64,000 nucleotides of DNA from Escherichia coli (GCF_003018255.1 NZ_CP027440.1); one strand, 5' to 3'. Positions 32,433-44,142 are shown, numbered from the stretch's first letter. The notes: generated from the sequence alone by a model not told the origin. Made by a program: numbers and translations.

Positions 32433-32543
32433 TCAACTAAACAGCCCAATCATCGCGGCACACAGCACGGCAGCAACAGCAGTTTGCGGTGTGTGGCTGT
32501 CAACTGCGCCACTCGATACCAGATTAATTATTGATTCCAGCAT
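32433..32543 (-). CDS. yshB: Small hydrophobic protein YshB (36 aa)
   Basis: Minus-strand ORF (below the ORF-track size cutoff) encoding MLESIINLVSSGAVDSHTPQTAVAAVLCAAMIGLFS between hemN and glnG. Confidence 0.6.
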   Translation of the reverse strand: MLESIINLVSSGAVDSHTPQTAVAAVLCAAMIGLFS

Positions 32544-32654
32544 AATGACTCTCCCCGTTTTCCGGGCAAGATCATACTGAACTTATCGGAACAGTAAAGC
32601 GCAAAACACCAGCAATTTGCGCTCAATAATCAATCTTTACACACAAGCCGTGAA

Positions 32655-34064
32655 TCACTCCATCCCCAGCTCTTTTAACTTCCGCGTCAGAGTGTTACGC
32701 CCCCAGCCGAGTAGCCGCGCCGCTTCCTGTTTATGCCCTTGCGTATGTCGCAACGCGGTCGTCAGTAACGTCCGCTCCAGCTCAGGCTGCGCTTCGGAAA
32801 GCAGATTTTGATGACCGGAACGCAGCGCTCTGTCTGCCCACTGCGCTAAAAGTGTCGCCCAACTGTCCGGTTGCATTTGAGAAGTACTCTCCGCAACCGT
32901 TGATTCAAACAGTTCACCGGGCAAATCCTGAATCAACACTTCCTGCCCGGCGGCCATCACCGTTAGCCAGCGACAGGTGTTTTCCAGCTGGCGCACGTTC
33001 CCCGGCCACGCCAGGCGCGTCAGCGCGGCTTCGGTTTCCGGATGCAGCAACTTCGCTTCTACGCCCAGTTCGCGCGCGGCAACCTGTAAAAAATGGCGTG
33101 CCAGACGGGGAATATCTTCCCGACGCTCACGCAGTGGCGGCAGATGAACGCGGATGACGTTCAGGCGGTGGAACAGATCCTCACGGAACTTACCTTCCTG
33201 CACCCGCTGTTCAAGATTCTGGTGAGTGGCAGCGATAATCCGCACATCTACTTTCACCGGCGCATAGCCGCCAACGCGATAAAACTGACCATCTGCCAGT
33301 ACGCGCAGCAAACGCGTCTGCACATCCAGCGGCATATCGCCAATTTCATCGAGGAATAATGTGCCACCATCAGCCTGTTCAAAACGCCCCTGACGAATGG
33401 TATTCGCGCCGGTAAATGCGCCTTTCTCGTGACCAAACAGTTCGGATTCGATCAAATCCTTCGGGATAGCCGCCATATTGAGCGCGATAAACGGCGCTTT
33501 GGCTCGCGGACTGTGGCGATGCAGGGCATGAGCGACCAGTTCTTTACCGGTGCCGGACTCGCCGTTAATCAGCACGCTAATAGAAGAACGCGAAAGCCGA
33601 CCGATAATCCGGAACACGTCCTGCATGGCTGGCGCTTCACCGATGATATCGGTCGTTGGGCCGTTAAGCTGAACATTACGCGGCTGCTGCTGTTCCTGGT
33701 AATGACTGATGGCGCGCTCAACCAGCGCCACGGCTTCGTCGATATCAAACGGTTTGGGCAGATAATCAAATGCCCCTTGTTGATAGGCGCTGACGGCAGC
33801 ATCCAGATCGGAATGTGCGGTCATAATGATGACCGGAAGCATCGGATGGCGCTGTTTAATCTGCTTGAGCAGCGCCAGCCCGTCCATTCCCGGCATACGG
33901 ATATCTGAAAGCAGCACATCCGGCGTTTTGCTCGCCAGCGCCTCCAGTACCTCCGCGCCGTTCTCAAATGTTGTACAGGTTAAACCCGCTCCAGCGAGCG
34001 CACGTTCAAGCACCCAACGGATGGAACTATCGTCATCGACTACCCAGACTATCCCTCGTTGCAT
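32655..34064 (-). CDS. glnG: Nitrogen regulation response regulator NtrC (sigma-54 enhancer-binding protein, 469 aa)
   Basis: ORF-track frame 32655..34124 minus; start placed at [18 protein letters not shown]; receiver domain, AAA+ GAFTGA motif, C-terminal HTH. Confidence 0.95.
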   Translation of the reverse strand: MQRGIVWVVDDDSSIRWVLERALAGAGLTCTTFENGAEVLEALASKTPDVLLSDIRMPGMDGLALLKQIKQRHPMLPVIIMTAHSDLDAAVSAYQQGAFDYLPKPFDIDEAVALVERAISHYQEQQQPRNVQLNGPTTDIIGEAPAMQDVFRIIGRLSRSSISVLINGESGTGKELVAHALHRHSPRAKAPFIALNMAAIPKDLIESELFGHEKGAFTGANTIRQGRFEQADGGTLFLDEIGDMPLDVQTRLLRVLADGQFYRVGGYAPVKVDVRIIAATHQNLEQRVQEGKFREDLFHRLNVIRVHLPPLRERREDIPRLARHFLQVAARELGVEAKLLHPETEAALTRLAWPGNVRQLENTCRWLTVMAAGQEVLIQDLPGELFESTVAESTSQMQPDSWATLLAQWADRALRSGHQNLLSEAQPELERTLLTTALRHTQGHKQEAARLLGWGRNTLTRKLKELGME

Positions 34065-34075
34065 AAACGTCACCT

Positions 34076-35125
34076 TTATTTCCTGATAGGCAGGTAAACC
34101 GAGAACTCGGTATGACCTGGCCAACTGGTAAATTCAATTTTGCCTGAATGCTGATCAATCAAATTACGGGCGATGGATAAGCCAAGCCCGGTGCCACCTT
34201 CGCGGCCGCTGACCATCGGGTAAAACAGCGTATCCTGCAAATGAGGCGGAATACCTGGCCCGTTATCTTCCACATCAATTCGCGCCGCCAGCCGATAGCG
34301 CTCGCCGTGTAAGGTCAGTTGAAACGCTGTGCGGGTACGCAGAATGATTTCACCACCCTCCGGCCCCAGCGCCTGTAGCGCATTGCGCACAATATTCAGC
34401 AAGACCTGTTCAATTTGATCCGGGTCGTGCGCCAGTTCCGGCAGGCTGGGGTCGTAATCCCGAATCAACCGCACGTTGTCCGGCAGTTCCATCGACACCA
34501 GCGTCACCACGCGTTCAGCTACTTTATGAATACTTTCGGTAACGCGCGTACCGGGCAGTTGCGGTCCCAACAGACGGTCGACCAGATTTCGCAGCCGGTC
34601 CGCCTGTTCGATAATCACTTTGGTATATTCGAGTAGTGACGGGTCAGGTAATGCTTTGCTGAGCAGCTGCGCCGCGCCACGTAAACCGCCAAGCGGATTT
34701 TTAATCTCATGTGCCAGGCCGCGCACTAAATCACGGGCAGCAACCTGCTGGGCGTGCTGTAGCTGTTCCTGACTTAAGCGGCGCTGGTTATCCATCGGTG
34801 CCATCTCCAGCAGGATCATGCCGTCCGGCATACGCTGGGCCGTCACAGAAAGGATATGCGAGCGCCCGTCGATGACCAGCGTCACTTCGTTATCAGTAAA
34901 ACCTTGCCCCGCCTCCAGACTTTCTTGCATCAGCTCGATATTTAATGAGAAGTAGCTCAACAGTTCCGGTAACGGTGTACCAAACAATTTGCGGGAGCTT
35001 TGGGCGAGCAGTTGTTGCGCGGCGGGGTTGGCGTAATGGATCGCCAGGTTGTCATCGATTAACAAAATACTGTTAATCAGCGAGTTGAGGATCTGCCCAG
35101 CATCGGGCTGCGTGCCTGTTGCCAT
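34076..35125 (-). CDS. glnL: Nitrogen regulation sensor histidine kinase NtrB (349 aa)
   Basis: ORF 34076..35125 minus; H-box LAHEIKNPL; HATPase motifs. Confidence 0.95.
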
Positions 35126-35211
35126 AAAGCAGTCTCCTGAACAGGTTGCACCATTTTAGTGCATTATAGCTTTTTACGGATAAAAAGCGCGAAGCATCAG
35201 AGAATTGACGG

Positions 35212-35238
35212 AGAAAAAAGCCCATGCAGAGATGGGCT
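35212..35238 (-). terminator. Terminator after glnA
   Basis: Minus-strand hairpin cccatctctgcatggg followed by a T-run. Confidence 0.55.
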
Positions 35239-35298
35239 GAAAGTTTCCACGGCAACTAAATCCCGGCGTTGTTGCGCCGGGTAGTACAACTTCAACTA

Positions 35299-36708
35299 TT
35301 AGACGCTGTAGTACAGCTCAAACTCTACCGGGTGCGGAGTCATACGCACGCGGTCATCTTCTTCGCGACGCAGAGCGATGTACGCATCGATCGCTTCATC
35401 AGTGAACACGCCACCGGCTTTCAGGAACTCACGGTCCAGATCCAGTTCGTTCAGTGCTTCTTCCAGAGAACCAGCAACCTGTGGGATCTCTTTCGCTTCT
35501 TCCGGCGGCAGGTCATACAGGTTTTTGTCCATCGCTTCGCCCGGATGGATCTTGTTCTTGATACCGTCAAGACCGGCCATCAGCAGGGCAGCAAAGCACA
35601 GGTACGGGTTAGCCGCCGGGTCCGGGAAACGTACTTCGATACGACGTGCTTTCGGAGAAGAAACCACTGGAATACGGATAGACGCAGAACGGTTACGCGC
35701 AGAGTAAGCCAGCATTACCGGTGCTTCGTAGCCCGGGACCAGACGCTTGTAAGAGTTGGTGGTCGGGTTTGCCAGGGCGTTAATCGCTTTCGCGTGTTTG
35801 ATGACGCCGCCAATGTAGTACAGCGCCTGTTCAGACAGACCTGCATATTTGTCGCCCGCGAACAGGTTAACGCCATTTTTAGCCAGCGACATATGGCAGT
35901 GCATACCGGAGCCGTTATCACCGAACATCGGTTTTGGCATAAAGGTCGCGGTTTTACCGAAGCGGTGCGCTACGTTGTGCACAACATATTTGTAGATCTG
36001 AATTTCGTCAGCTTTTTTGGTCATGGTATTGAAGCGGGTAGCCACTTCGTTCTGACCAGCAGTCGCTACTTCGTGGTGATGGGCTTCAACCACCAGACCC
36101 ATCTGTTCCATCACCAGACACATTTCAGAACGAATATCCTGAGCAGAGTCTACCGGCGGAACCGGGAAGTAACCGCCTTTCACTGCCGGACGGTGACCTT
36201 TGTTACCACCTTCGTATTGGGTGGAGGAGTTCCATGCGCCTTCGATATCGTCGATAGCAACGTGAGAACCGGAGATAGATGATCCGAAACGGATGTCATC
36301 GAACAGGAAGAATTCAGGTTCTGGCCCGAACAGTACGGTGTCGGCAATGCCAGTGGAACGCAGGTAATCTTCGGCGCGCTTCGCAATAGAGCGCGGGTCA
36401 CGGTCATAGCCTTGCAGGGTGCCAGGTTCAAGGATGTCGCAACGGATAATCAGGGTAGAATCGGCGAAGAACGGGTCAATCACTGCGGTGGATGCGTCTG
36501 GCATCAGCACCATGTCGGATTCGTTAATGCCTTTCCAGCCGCCAATCGAGGAGCCGTCAAACATTTTGCCTTCTTCGAAGAATTCAGCATTCACCTGATG
36601 AGCAGGGATAGTGACGTGCTGTTCTTTACCTTTGGTATCGGTGAAGCGCAAATCAACAAACTTCACTTCGTGCTCGTTCAGCATCGTCAGTACGTGTTCA
36701 GCGGACAT
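35299..36708 (-). CDS. glnA: Glutamine synthetase (469 aa)
   Basis: ORF 35299..36708 minus; [31 protein letters not shown]; adenylylation-site region; glnALG operon. Confidence 0.97.
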   Translation of the reverse strand: MSAEHVLTMLNEHEVKFVDLRFTDTKGKEQHVTIPAHQVNAEFFEEGKMFDGSSIGGWKGINESDMVLMPDASTAVIDPFFADSTLIIRCDILEPGTLQGYDRDPRSIAKRAEDYLRSTGIADTVLFGPEPEFFLFDDIRFGSSISGSHVAIDDIEGAWNSSTQYEGGNKGHRPAVKGGYFPVPPVDSAQDIRSEMCLVMEQMGLVVEAHHHEVATAGQNEVATRFNTMTKKADEIQIYKYVVHNVAHRFGKTATFMPKPMFGDNGSGMHCHMSLAKNGVNLFAGDKYAGLSEQALYYIGGVIKHAKAINALANPTTNSYKRLVPGYEAPVMLAYSARNRSASIRIPVVSSPKARRIEVRFPDPAANPYLCFAALLMAGLDGIKNKIHPGEAMDKNLYDLPPEEAKEIPQVAGSLEEALNELDLDREFLKAGGVFTDEAIDAYIALRREEDDRVRMTPHPVEFELYYSV

Positions 36709-36790
36709 ACTTTAACTCTCCTGGATTGGTCATGGTCGTCGTGGTAACGAAATCTGCAATTATTTTGGCCGTGTCGCCGTAAAAAAGATA

Positions 36791-36930
36791 AAGCGAAAAC
36801 TGTGCCAACTTTTAAATTGCCCCTAAAAGGCGTTATCATGCTTAACATCGTGCAAAAGGGCTGCACCATGATGTGAATGTTGCACCAATATAGTGCTTCA
36901 ATGGAAACATTAAGCACCATATTGGTGCAA
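36791..36930 (-). promoter_or_regulatory. glnA control region: sigma-54 promoter glnAp2 (TGGCAC-N5-TCGCT) and upstream NtrC enhancer sites
   Basis: Minus-strand ttggcacagttttcgct at 36791-36808; NtrC-like palindromes tgcaccaatatagtgct (36881-36897) and gcaccatattggtgca (36914-36929). Confidence 0.75.
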
Positions 36931-37080
36931 TGACCTTTGGATAACCCTTTTTATGCTCCGTGAAAGCGATCACAAAGGGACTCTGCAATACTTGTTTGCG
37001 GAGGATGTTTGTGATCCTGTTTTGTAGTGCGATTAATCCGTGTACAATAACGCGCTATTTCTAATGCCTGAGGCAAAGTT

Positions 37081-38904
37081 GTGATCGAAAAATTGCGTAA
37101 TATCGCCATCATCGCGCACGTAGACCATGGTAAAACCACCCTGGTAGACAAGCTGCTCCAACAATCCGGTACGTTCGACTCTCGTGCCGAAACCCAAGAG
37201 CGCGTGATGGACTCCAACGATTTGGAGAAAGAGCGTGGGATTACCATCCTCGCGAAAAACACCGCTATCAAATGGAATGATTACCGTATCAACATCGTTG
37301 ATACCCCGGGGCACGCCGACTTCGGTGGTGAAGTTGAACGTGTAATGTCCATGGTAGACTCAGTGCTGCTGGTGGTTGACGCATTTGACGGCCCGATGCC
37401 GCAAACGCGCTTCGTAACCAAAAAAGCGTTTGCTTACGGCCTGAAGCCGATTGTTGTTATCAACAAAGTTGACCGCCCTGGCGCGCGTCCTGATTGGGTT
37501 GTGGATCAGGTATTCGATCTGTTCGTTAACCTCGACGCGACCGACGAGCAGCTGGACTTCCCGATCGTTTACGCTTCTGCGCTGAACGGTATCGCGGGTC
37601 TGGACCACGAAGATATGGCGGAAGACATGACCCCGCTGTATCAGGCGATTGTTGACCACGTTCCTGCGCCGGACGTTGACCTTGACGGTCCGTTCCAGAT
37701 GCAGATTTCTCAGCTCGATTACAACAGCTATGTTGGCGTTATCGGCATTGGCCGCATCAAGCGCGGTAAAGTGAAGCCGAACCAGCAGGTTACTATCATC
37801 GATAGCGAAGGCAAAACCCGCAACGCGAAAGTCGGTAAAGTGCTGGGCCACCTCGGTCTGGAACGTATCGAAACCGATCTGGCGGAAGCTGGCGATATCG
37901 TGGCGATCACGGGCCTGGGCGAACTGAACATTTCTGACACCGTTTGCGACACGCAAAACGTTGAAGCGCTGCCGGCACTCTCCGTTGATGAGCCGACCGT
38001 TTCTATGTTCTTCTGCGTTAACACCTCGCCGTTCTGCGGTAAAGAAGGTAAGTTCGTAACGTCTCGTCAGATCCTGGATCGTCTGAACAAAGAACTGGTA
38101 CACAACGTTGCGCTGCGCGTAGAAGAAACCGAAGACGCCGATGCGTTCCGCGTTTCTGGTCGTGGCGAACTGCACCTGTCTGTTCTTATCGAAAACATGC
38201 GTCGTGAAGGTTTCGAACTGGCGGTATCCCGTCCGAAAGTAATCTTCCGTGAAATCGACGGTCGTAAACAAGAGCCGTATGAAAACGTGACGCTGGACGT
38301 TGAAGAACAGCATCAGGGTTCTGTGATGCAGGCGCTGGGCGAACGTAAAGGCGACCTGAAAAACATGAATCCAGACGGTAAAGGCCGCGTACGTCTCGAC
38401 TACGTGATCCCAAGCCGTGGTCTGATTGGCTTCCGTTCTGAGTTCATGACCATGACTTCCGGTACTGGTCTGCTGTACTCCACCTTCAGCCACTACGACG
38501 ACGTACGTCCGGGCGAAGTGGGTCAGCGTCAGAACGGTGTACTGATCTCTAACGGTCAGGGTAAAGCGGTCGCGTTCGCGCTGTTCGGTCTGCAGGATCG
38601 CGGTAAGCTGTTCCTCGGTCACGGTGCAGAAGTTTACGAAGGTCAGATTATCGGTATTCATAGCCGCTCTAACGACCTGACTGTAAACTGCCTGACCGGT
38701 AAGAAACTGACCAACATGCGTGCTTCCGGTACTGACGAAGCCGTTGTTCTGGTTCCGCCTATCCGCATGACTCTGGAACAAGCTCTGGAGTTCATCGATG
38801 ATGACGAACTGGTAGAAGTGACTCCGACCTCTATCCGTATTCGTAAACGTCACCTGACGGAAAACGATCGTCGTCGCGCCAACCGCGCACCGAAAGACGA
38901 TTAA
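37081..38904 (+). CDS. typA: Ribosome-associated translational GTPase TypA/BipA (607 aa)
   Basis: ORF 37081..38904, GTG start; G-domain motifs AHVDHGKTT and DTPGH. Confidence 0.95.
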   Translation: MIEKLRNIAIIAHVDHGKTTLVDKLLQQSGTFDSRAETQERVMDSNDLEKERGITILAKNTAIKWNDYRINIVDTPGHADFGGEVERVMSMVDSVLLVVDAFDGPMPQTRFVTKKAFAYGLKPIVVINKVDRPGARPDWVVDQVFDLFVNLDATDEQLDFPIVYASALNGIAGLDHEDMAEDMTPLYQAIVDHVPAPDVDLDGPFQMQISQLDYNSYVGVIGIGRIKRGKVKPNQQVTIIDSEGKTRNAKVGKVLGHLGLERIETDLAEAGDIVAITGLGELNISDTVCDTQNVEALPALSVDEPTVSMFFCVNTSPFCGKEGKFVTSRQILDRLNKELVHNVALRVEETEDADAFRVSGRGELHLSVLIENMRREGFELAVSRPKVIFREIDGRKQEPYENVTLDVEEQHQGSVMQALGERKGDLKNMNPDGKGRVRLDYVIPSRGLIGFRSEFMTMTSGTGLLYSTFSHYDDVRPGEVGQRQNGVLISNGQGKAVAFALFGLQDRGKLFLGHGAEVYEGQIIGIHSRSNDLTVNCLTGKKLTNMRASGTDEAVVLVPPIRMTLEQALEFIDDDELVEVTPTSIRIRKRHLTENDRRRANRAPKDD

Positions 38905-38921
38905 TTTCGCTTTTCAGTCAT

Positions 38922-38953
38922 AAAAAACCTGCCATCGCTGGCAGGTTTTTTTT
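38922..38953 (+). terminator. Rho-independent terminator after typA
   Basis: aaaaaacctgccatcgctggcaggttttttttt. Confidence 0.8.
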
Positions 38954-39120
38954 TACCTGTCGTGAGCGCACACCAATGCGAGTATCTCCCTTATAAGTCT
39001 GTGATTACGTCAATAGAGAGCTTTGTCACAATTATCTGCAAAGTCATACGCCGTTAATTGCTTTCTTTTTTGGCGTAAGCGTAAGATGCCTCATCTGGTT
39101 TAAACCAAAAGGATTAAACA

Positions 39121-39831
39121 ATGGCGGAGAATCAATCCACCGTAGAAAATGCAAAAGAGAAACTGGATCGGTGGTTGAAAGATGGCATCACCACGCCGGG
39201 TGGAAAACTCCCTTCAGAAAGAGAGCTGGGAGAACTGCTGGGCATTAAACGTATGACGCTGCGCCAGGCGTTGTTGAACCTCGAGGCAGAATCCAAAATC
39301 TTCCGTAAGGATCGTAAAGGGTGGTTCGTGACCCAGCCGCGATTTAATTACAGTCCAGAGCTGTCGGCGAGCTTTCAGCGGGCTGCAATTGAGCAAGGGC
39401 GGGAGCCTTCCTGGGGGTTTACCGAGAAAAGCCGTACCAGAGATATTCCCGAGACGCTCGTGCCACTGATTACAGTGACACCATCAACTGAACTCTATCG
39501 CATCACCGGCTGGGGAGCGCTGGAAGGACATAAAGTTTTCTATCACGAAACATATATTAATCCTGAAGTTGCCCCGGGTTTTATTGAACAACTTGAAAAC
39601 CACTCATTTTCTGCAGTCTGGGAAAAGTGCTACCAAAAAGAGACGGTAGTAAAAAAATTGATTTTCAAACCCGTCAGAATGCCGGGCGATATCAGCAAGT
39701 ATCTTGGCGGTTCTGCGGGTATGCCAGCGATCTTAATTGAAAAGCATCGCGCCGACCAGCAAGGCAATATTGTCCAGATAGATATTGAATATTGGCGATT
39801 TGAGGCCGTAGACCTCATCATTAATCTGTAG
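39121..39831 (+). CDS. yihL: GntR/HutC-family transcriptional regulator with UTRA effector domain (236 aa)
   Basis: ORF 39121..39831; N-terminal winged-HTH (LPSERELGELLGIKRMTLRQAL); conserved position after typA. Confidence 0.8.
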   Translation: MAENQSTVENAKEKLDRWLKDGITTPGGKLPSERELGELLGIKRMTLRQALLNLEAESKIFRKDRKGWFVTQPRFNYSPELSASFQRAAIEQGREPSWGFTEKSRTRDIPETLVPLITVTPSTELYRITGWGALEGHKVFYHETYINPEVAPGFIEQLENHSFSAVWEKCYQKETVVKKLIFKPVRMPGDISKYLGGSAGMPAILIEKHRADQQGNIVQIDIEYWRFEAVDLIINL

Positions 39832-39838
39832 GTGTTTT

Positions 39839-40819
39839 ATGGTGACAATAAATAACGCAAGAAAGATTCTACAACGTGTCGACACTCTTCCTCTTTATTT
39901 ACATGCTTATGCCTTTCATTTAAATATGCGGCTGGAAAGAGTGTTGCCTGCTGATTTACTTGATATCGCAAGTGAAAATAATCTACGTGGCGTCAAAATC
40001 CATGTTCTGGATGGCGAGCGTTTTTCTCTTGGTAATATGGACGATAAAGAACTCTCTGCCTTTGGGGATAAAGCCCGCCGTCTGAACCTTGATATTCATA
40101 TTGAAACCAGCGCTTCAGATAAGGCATCTATTGACGAAGCCGTCGCCATTGCGTTGAAAACTGGGGCATCGTCCGTACGTTTTTATCCACGTTATGAAGG
40201 TAATTTGCGCGACGTATTATCGATCATCGCTAACGACATTGCCTATGTACGGGAAACGTATCAGGACAGCGGCCTGACTTTTACGATCGAACAGCATGAA
40301 GATTTAAAAAGCCATGAGCTGGTGTCGCTGGTCAAAGAAAGTGAGATGGAATCTCTTTCCTTACTGTTTGATTTTGCGAACATGATCAATGCAAATGAGC
40401 ATCCCATCGACGCTTTAAAAACGATGGCACCGCATATTACCCAGGTCCATATCAAAGATGCCTTGATCGTTAAAGAAGAGGGTGGCCTGGGTCATAAAGC
40501 CTGTATTTCAGGTCAGGGTGATATGCCGTTCAAAGCGTTATTAACGCACCTTATCTGCCTGGGTGATGATGAGCCGCAGGTGACGGCATATGGCCTGGAA
40601 GAAGAGGTTGATTACTATGCGCCGGCGTTCCGCTTTGAAGACGAAGATGATAATCCGTGGATCCCTTATCGCCAGATGAGTGAAACACCATTGCCAGAAA
40701 ATCATTTACTGGATGCGCGGTTACGTAAAGAAAAAGAAGATGCAATTAATCAGATAAATCATGTGCGTAATGTACTACAACAAATCAAACAAGAGGCAAA
40801 CCATCTTCTGAACAACTAA
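39839..40819 (+). CDS. yihM: Sugar-phosphate isomerase/epimerase-like (xylose-isomerase-type TIM barrel) protein (326 aa)
   Basis: ORF 39839..40819; family assignment by composition and position; function unknown. Confidence 0.7.
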   Translation: MVTINNARKILQRVDTLPLYLHAYAFHLNMRLERVLPADLLDIASENNLRGVKIHVLDGERFSLGNMDDKELSAFGDKARRLNLDIHIETSASDKASIDEAVAIALKTGASSVRFYPRYEGNLRDVLSIIANDIAYVRETYQDSGLTFTIEQHEDLKSHELVSLVKESEMESLSLLFDFANMINANEHPIDALKTMAPHITQVHIKDALIVKEEGGLGHKACISGQGDMPFKALLTHLICLGDDEPQVTAYGLEEEVDYYAPAFRFEDEDDNPWIPYRQMSETPLPENHLLDARLRKEKEDAINQINHVRNVLQQIKQEANHLLNN

Positions 40820-40920
40820 TAAGTTTTAACTCATACGCTGTTAATAAAACCATTCCATATGAATGGTCGGTATCTTATTGCCTTTAAAACAGTGATTTTA
40901 AAAATCGCTTAGGGGATGTT

Positions 40921-42186
40921 ATGCTCACGAAAAAGAAATGGGCGTTATTTAGTCTATTAACATTGTGTGGCGGTACAATTTATAAATTACCGTCTCTGAA
41001 AGATGCGTTTTATATCCCGATGCAGGAATATTTCCATTTGACCAATGGTCAAATTGGTAATGCTATGTCGGTAAACTCATTTGTCACCACAGTGGGCTTT
41101 TTTCTGTCTATTTATTTTGCCGATAAACTACCGCGCAGATACACCATGTCATTCTCACTCATTGCGACAGGATTACTGGGTGTTTATTTGACGACAATGC
41201 CGGGGTATTGGGGCATCCTCTTTGTCTGGGCGCTATTTGGCGTTACTTGCGACATGATGAACTGGCCGGTCTTGCTCAAGTCGGTAAGTCGATTGGGCAA
41301 TAGCGAACAACAAGGTCGGTTGTTTGGCTTCTTCGAAACAGGGCGTGGCATTGTCGATACCGTGGTGGCATTTTCTGCGTTGGCAGTATTTACCTGGTTT
41401 GGCAGTGGCTTATTGGGTTTTAAAGCAGGCATCTGGTTCTATTCCCTTATTGTGATTGCCGTAGGCATTATCATTTTCTTTGTCCTGAATGACAAAGAAG
41501 AGGCACCGTCCGTTGAGGTGAAAAAAGAAGACGGAGCATCGCAAAACACCAGTATGACCTCGGTGCTGAGAGATAAAACCATCTGGCTTATCGCTTTCAA
41601 CGTCTTCTTCGTTTACGCGGTTTACTGTGGCCTAACATTCTTCATTCCATTCCTGAAAAACATCTATCTATTGCCCGTTGCTCTGGTGGGGGCTTACGGC
41701 ATCATTAACCAATACTGTCTGAAAATGATTGGAGGACCGATTGGTGGCATGATTTCAGATAAGATCCTGAAATCGCCGAGTAAATATCTATGCTACACCT
41801 TTATCATAAGTACCGCTGCGCTCGTACTGTTGATTATGCTGCCGCACGAAAGTATGCCGGTCTATTTAGGGATGGCATGTACGCTGGGCTTTGGCGCTAT
41901 AGTCTTCACACAGCGAGCCGTATTTTTTGCACCTATCGGCGAAGCAAAAATTGCTGAAAATAAAACAGGCGCGGCGATGGCGTTGGGTAGCTTTATTGGT
42001 TACGCCCCGGCGATGTTCTGCTTCAGTCTGTATGGCTACATTCTGGATTTAAATCCGGGGATTATTGGCTACAAAATCGTGTTTGGCATTATGGCCTGCT
42101 TCGCATTCTGTGGTGCGGTGGTTTCCGTAATGCTGGTTAAGCGTATTAGCCAACGTAAGAAAGAGATGCTGGCGGCTGAAGCTTAA
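40921..42186 (+). CDS. yihN: MFS-type transporter (421 aa)
   Basis: ORF 40921..42186; about 12 hydrophobic segments; follows yihLM. Confidence 0.75.
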   Translation: MLTKKKWALFSLLTLCGGTIYKLPSLKDAFYIPMQEYFHLTNGQIGNAMSVNSFVTTVGFFLSIYFADKLPRRYTMSFSLIATGLLGVYLTTMPGYWGILFVWALFGVTCDMMNWPVLLKSVSRLGNSEQQGRLFGFFETGRGIVDTVVAFSALAVFTWFGSGLLGFKAGIWFYSLIVIAVGIIIFFVLNDKEEAPSVEVKKEDGASQNTSMTSVLRDKTIWLIAFNVFFVYAVYCGLTFFIPFLKNIYLLPVALVGAYGIINQYCLKMIGGPIGGMISDKILKSPSKYLCYTFIISTAALVLLIMLPHESMPVYLGMACTLGFGAIVFTQRAVFFAPIGEAKIAENKTGAAMALGSFIGYAPAMFCFSLYGYILDLNPGIIGYKIVFGIMACFAFCGAVVSVMLVKRISQRKKEMLAAEA

Positions 42187-42245
42187 TTAGTGGCCGGATG
42201 TGCTTAATCCGGCCAACGAAAACCGTATCAACCGAAGTTTCAATT

Positions 42246-43034
42246 TCAGGATACTTCTTGCTCGGCAACCACCAGTTCAACATTCTCTTCACTTAACAAC
42301 TGGCAGAAAGAATTGGGAGGCGGGGCATCAGTAAAAAAAGCCCTGACATTCCGTGCATTGCCAATTGAAACGGCAGCAGACGCGGTAAACTTCGTATGAT
42401 CGGCCACTAACAATGTATTCCGCGCATGTTTAATCATCGTTCTCGCGACTAACGCTTCATTGACATCAAATTCCAGTAGGGTGCCGTCATGTTCAATGGC
42501 ACCTATACTGGTGATTAAATAATCTGCGCGGAAGCCTTCAATAAAATCCACGGCTCCTGGGCCGATAATCCCACCGTTATGAGCGCGTAAAGTGCCTCCC
42601 GGCACCATCACTTCAATATCCTGATTCTTATAAAGAATCTGTGCCACACGCAGGCTATTAGTGATAATGCGTAAATCACGCCGGTTGAGTAATGCCCTGG
42701 CAACGGCTTCTACGGTTGTACCGATGGTGATAAAGACGGTACAGCGTTCGGGAAGGTAATCGGCGACTGCCTCAGCGATCGCCCGTTTCTCGGCGGTGAG
42801 CGAAAGTTCCCGTTGCTCAAAAGCGGTATTCATGACGCTGGAGACGCGCCCGGCCCCTCCATGATGACGGGTGATCAAGCCCTGCTCACTGAGTTTTCGG
42901 ATATCCCGGCGCACGGTTTGCGTTGAAACATCCAGCAGTTGTGCCAGTTCTTCAATATTCATATAACCGCGTTCTGCGATTAGATGAACGAGTTGGTCAT
43001 GGCGTGGATTACCTGTCACTTCGATGATACTCAT
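42246..43034 (-). CDS. DeoR-family transcriptional regulator, YihW/CsqR-like (262 aa)
   Basis: ORF 42246..43034 minus; N-terminal HTH (MNIEELAQLLDVSTQTVRRDIRKL) plus sugar-phosphate-binding domain; adjacent to kinase/aldolase genes. Confidence 0.8.
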   Translation of the reverse strand: MSIIEVTGNPRHDQLVHLIAERGYMNIEELAQLLDVSTQTVRRDIRKLSEQGLITRHHGGAGRVSSVMNTAFEQRELSLTAEKRAIAEAVADYLPERCTVFITIGTTVEAVARALLNRRDLRIITNSLRVAQILYKNQDIEVMVPGGTLRAHNGGIIGPGAVDFIEGFRADYLITSIGAIEHDGTLLEFDVNEALVARTMIKHARNTLLVADHTKFTASAAVSIGNARNVRAFFTDAPPPNSFCQLLSEENVELVVAEQEVS

Positions 43035-43073
43035 GAATACTCCCTTGCCCCTCCTCGGTAGATGTTTACCATT

Positions 43074-43970
43074 TTACGCATAAAGTGACAAAAATGATTC
43101 GGTTTGCTCACGATTAGGAATGCCGGCCCGACCGCCAGGCTGGGTACATTTCATCGCGGCAACCGCACTGGCAAAACGAATAGCCTCTTTTGTTGGCATT
43201 TTTTCTGCCAACGCTACCGCGAGTGCGCCGTGAAAAACATCGCCTGCTCCAGTGGTATCAACCACATTGACAGAAAATGCCTCCTGTTGACACAAATGAC
43301 CATCTTCAATCCACAACGATCCTTCAGAACCCAGCGTAACATACACTTTACCTGCTGTTTGTGTCGTTGCCTGGAACAAACCTTCTTCAGGTGACTGCAG
43401 GCCAGTCATGCGTTTCAGCCCAGGTGTTGAGAACACGGCGTGATCGGCAAGCGCGACAAGTGGAGAAATATCCTGCGGTGTCATATCGGCGTCTAAAAGC
43501 GTTGTCACACCCGCAAGGCGCGCTAGCGAGAATGCTTTTTCAGTACCGCTATGCCAGCGAACATCGGCCAGAATCAGATCATAACGAGAGAAATCGATCG
43601 CTTCTAACCATTCGGCATCAGTACCGAGATCAGGACTTGGATAATTAACGATAATCCGTTCGCCATGCTGATCAACGAGGATCGCTGATTGCGACGAACG
43701 GGCGTTAGGATATCGGCGGCAAAATGCGGTATTGACGCCCCAACCCTCAAGTTCTGCAAGTAAGGTATTTCCACAACTGTCATCGCCGACGCGACCGATG
43801 AAATCAACCTCCACGCCAAGCTTTGCGATTGCAACAGCGGCTGTTGCTGCCGGGCCGCCACCAATCTCAAGATAATGATTTGCCTGATATTTCCCGCCGC
43901 CCTCCGGCAGAGTGGGCAAAGAATAAATCCTGTCCTGAACTGTGATACCCACGCATGCAATTCTGGTCAT
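43074..43970 (-). CDS. PfkB-family sugar kinase, YihV (sulfofructose kinase)-like
   Basis: ORF-track frame 43074..44021 minus; start probably at [13 protein letters not shown] (43970); PfkB signature [14 protein letters not shown]. Confidence 0.8.
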   Translation of the reverse strand: MTRIACVGITVQDRIYSLPTLPEGGGKYQANHYLEIGGGPAATAAVAIAKLGVEVDFIGRVGDDSCGNTLLAELEGWGVNTAFCRRYPNARSSQSAILVDQHGERIIVNYPSPDLGTDAEWLEAIDFSRYDLILADVRWHSGTEKAFSLARLAGVTTLLDADMTPQDISPLVALADHAVFSTPGLKRMTGLQSPEEGLFQATTQTAGKVYVTLGSEGSLWIEDGHLCQQEAFSVNVVDTTGAGDVFHGALAVALAEKMPTKEAIRFASAVAAMKCTQPGGRAGIPNREQTESFLSLYA

Positions 43971-44142
43971 ATTTGTCTTGTCCTGTTTAATTTTGTCGTC
44001 TTTGGTCAATTTAAATGACACAAATGATCAAATTAGTGATGCGTGTCGTGTTTTTGAACATAAATTACAAATATGCTCAAAAACAGACGAAAACGAATTT
44101 TCAATTGTCATTATTTTGTCAATGTCAGACAGGAGAGTATTC
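43971..44142. promoter_or_regulatory. Divergent promoter/operator region between the kinase gene and the reductase-aldolase operon
   Basis: AT-rich intergenic DNA with reiterated tttgtc-containing motifs (ttttgtcgtcttt, ttttgtcaatgtc, atttgtcttgtcc), a pattern expected for DeoR-type operators; RBS aggagag before 44143. Confidence 0.4.

Noticed and set aside
35269-36282. 337-aa plus-strand ORF antisense to glnA
   Set aside because: Shadow ORF on the opposite strand of a highly expressed, well-defined gene; composition mirrors glnA codon bias
37360-38853. 497-aa minus-strand ORF antisense to typA
   Set aside because: Shadow ORF fully contained in typA; no independent start context
43942-44142. 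N-terminal 67-codon extension of the YihU-like reductase ORF
   Set aside because: The extension runs through the divergent promoter region; ATG 44143 has a proper RBS and gives the conserved Rossmann-fold N-terminus
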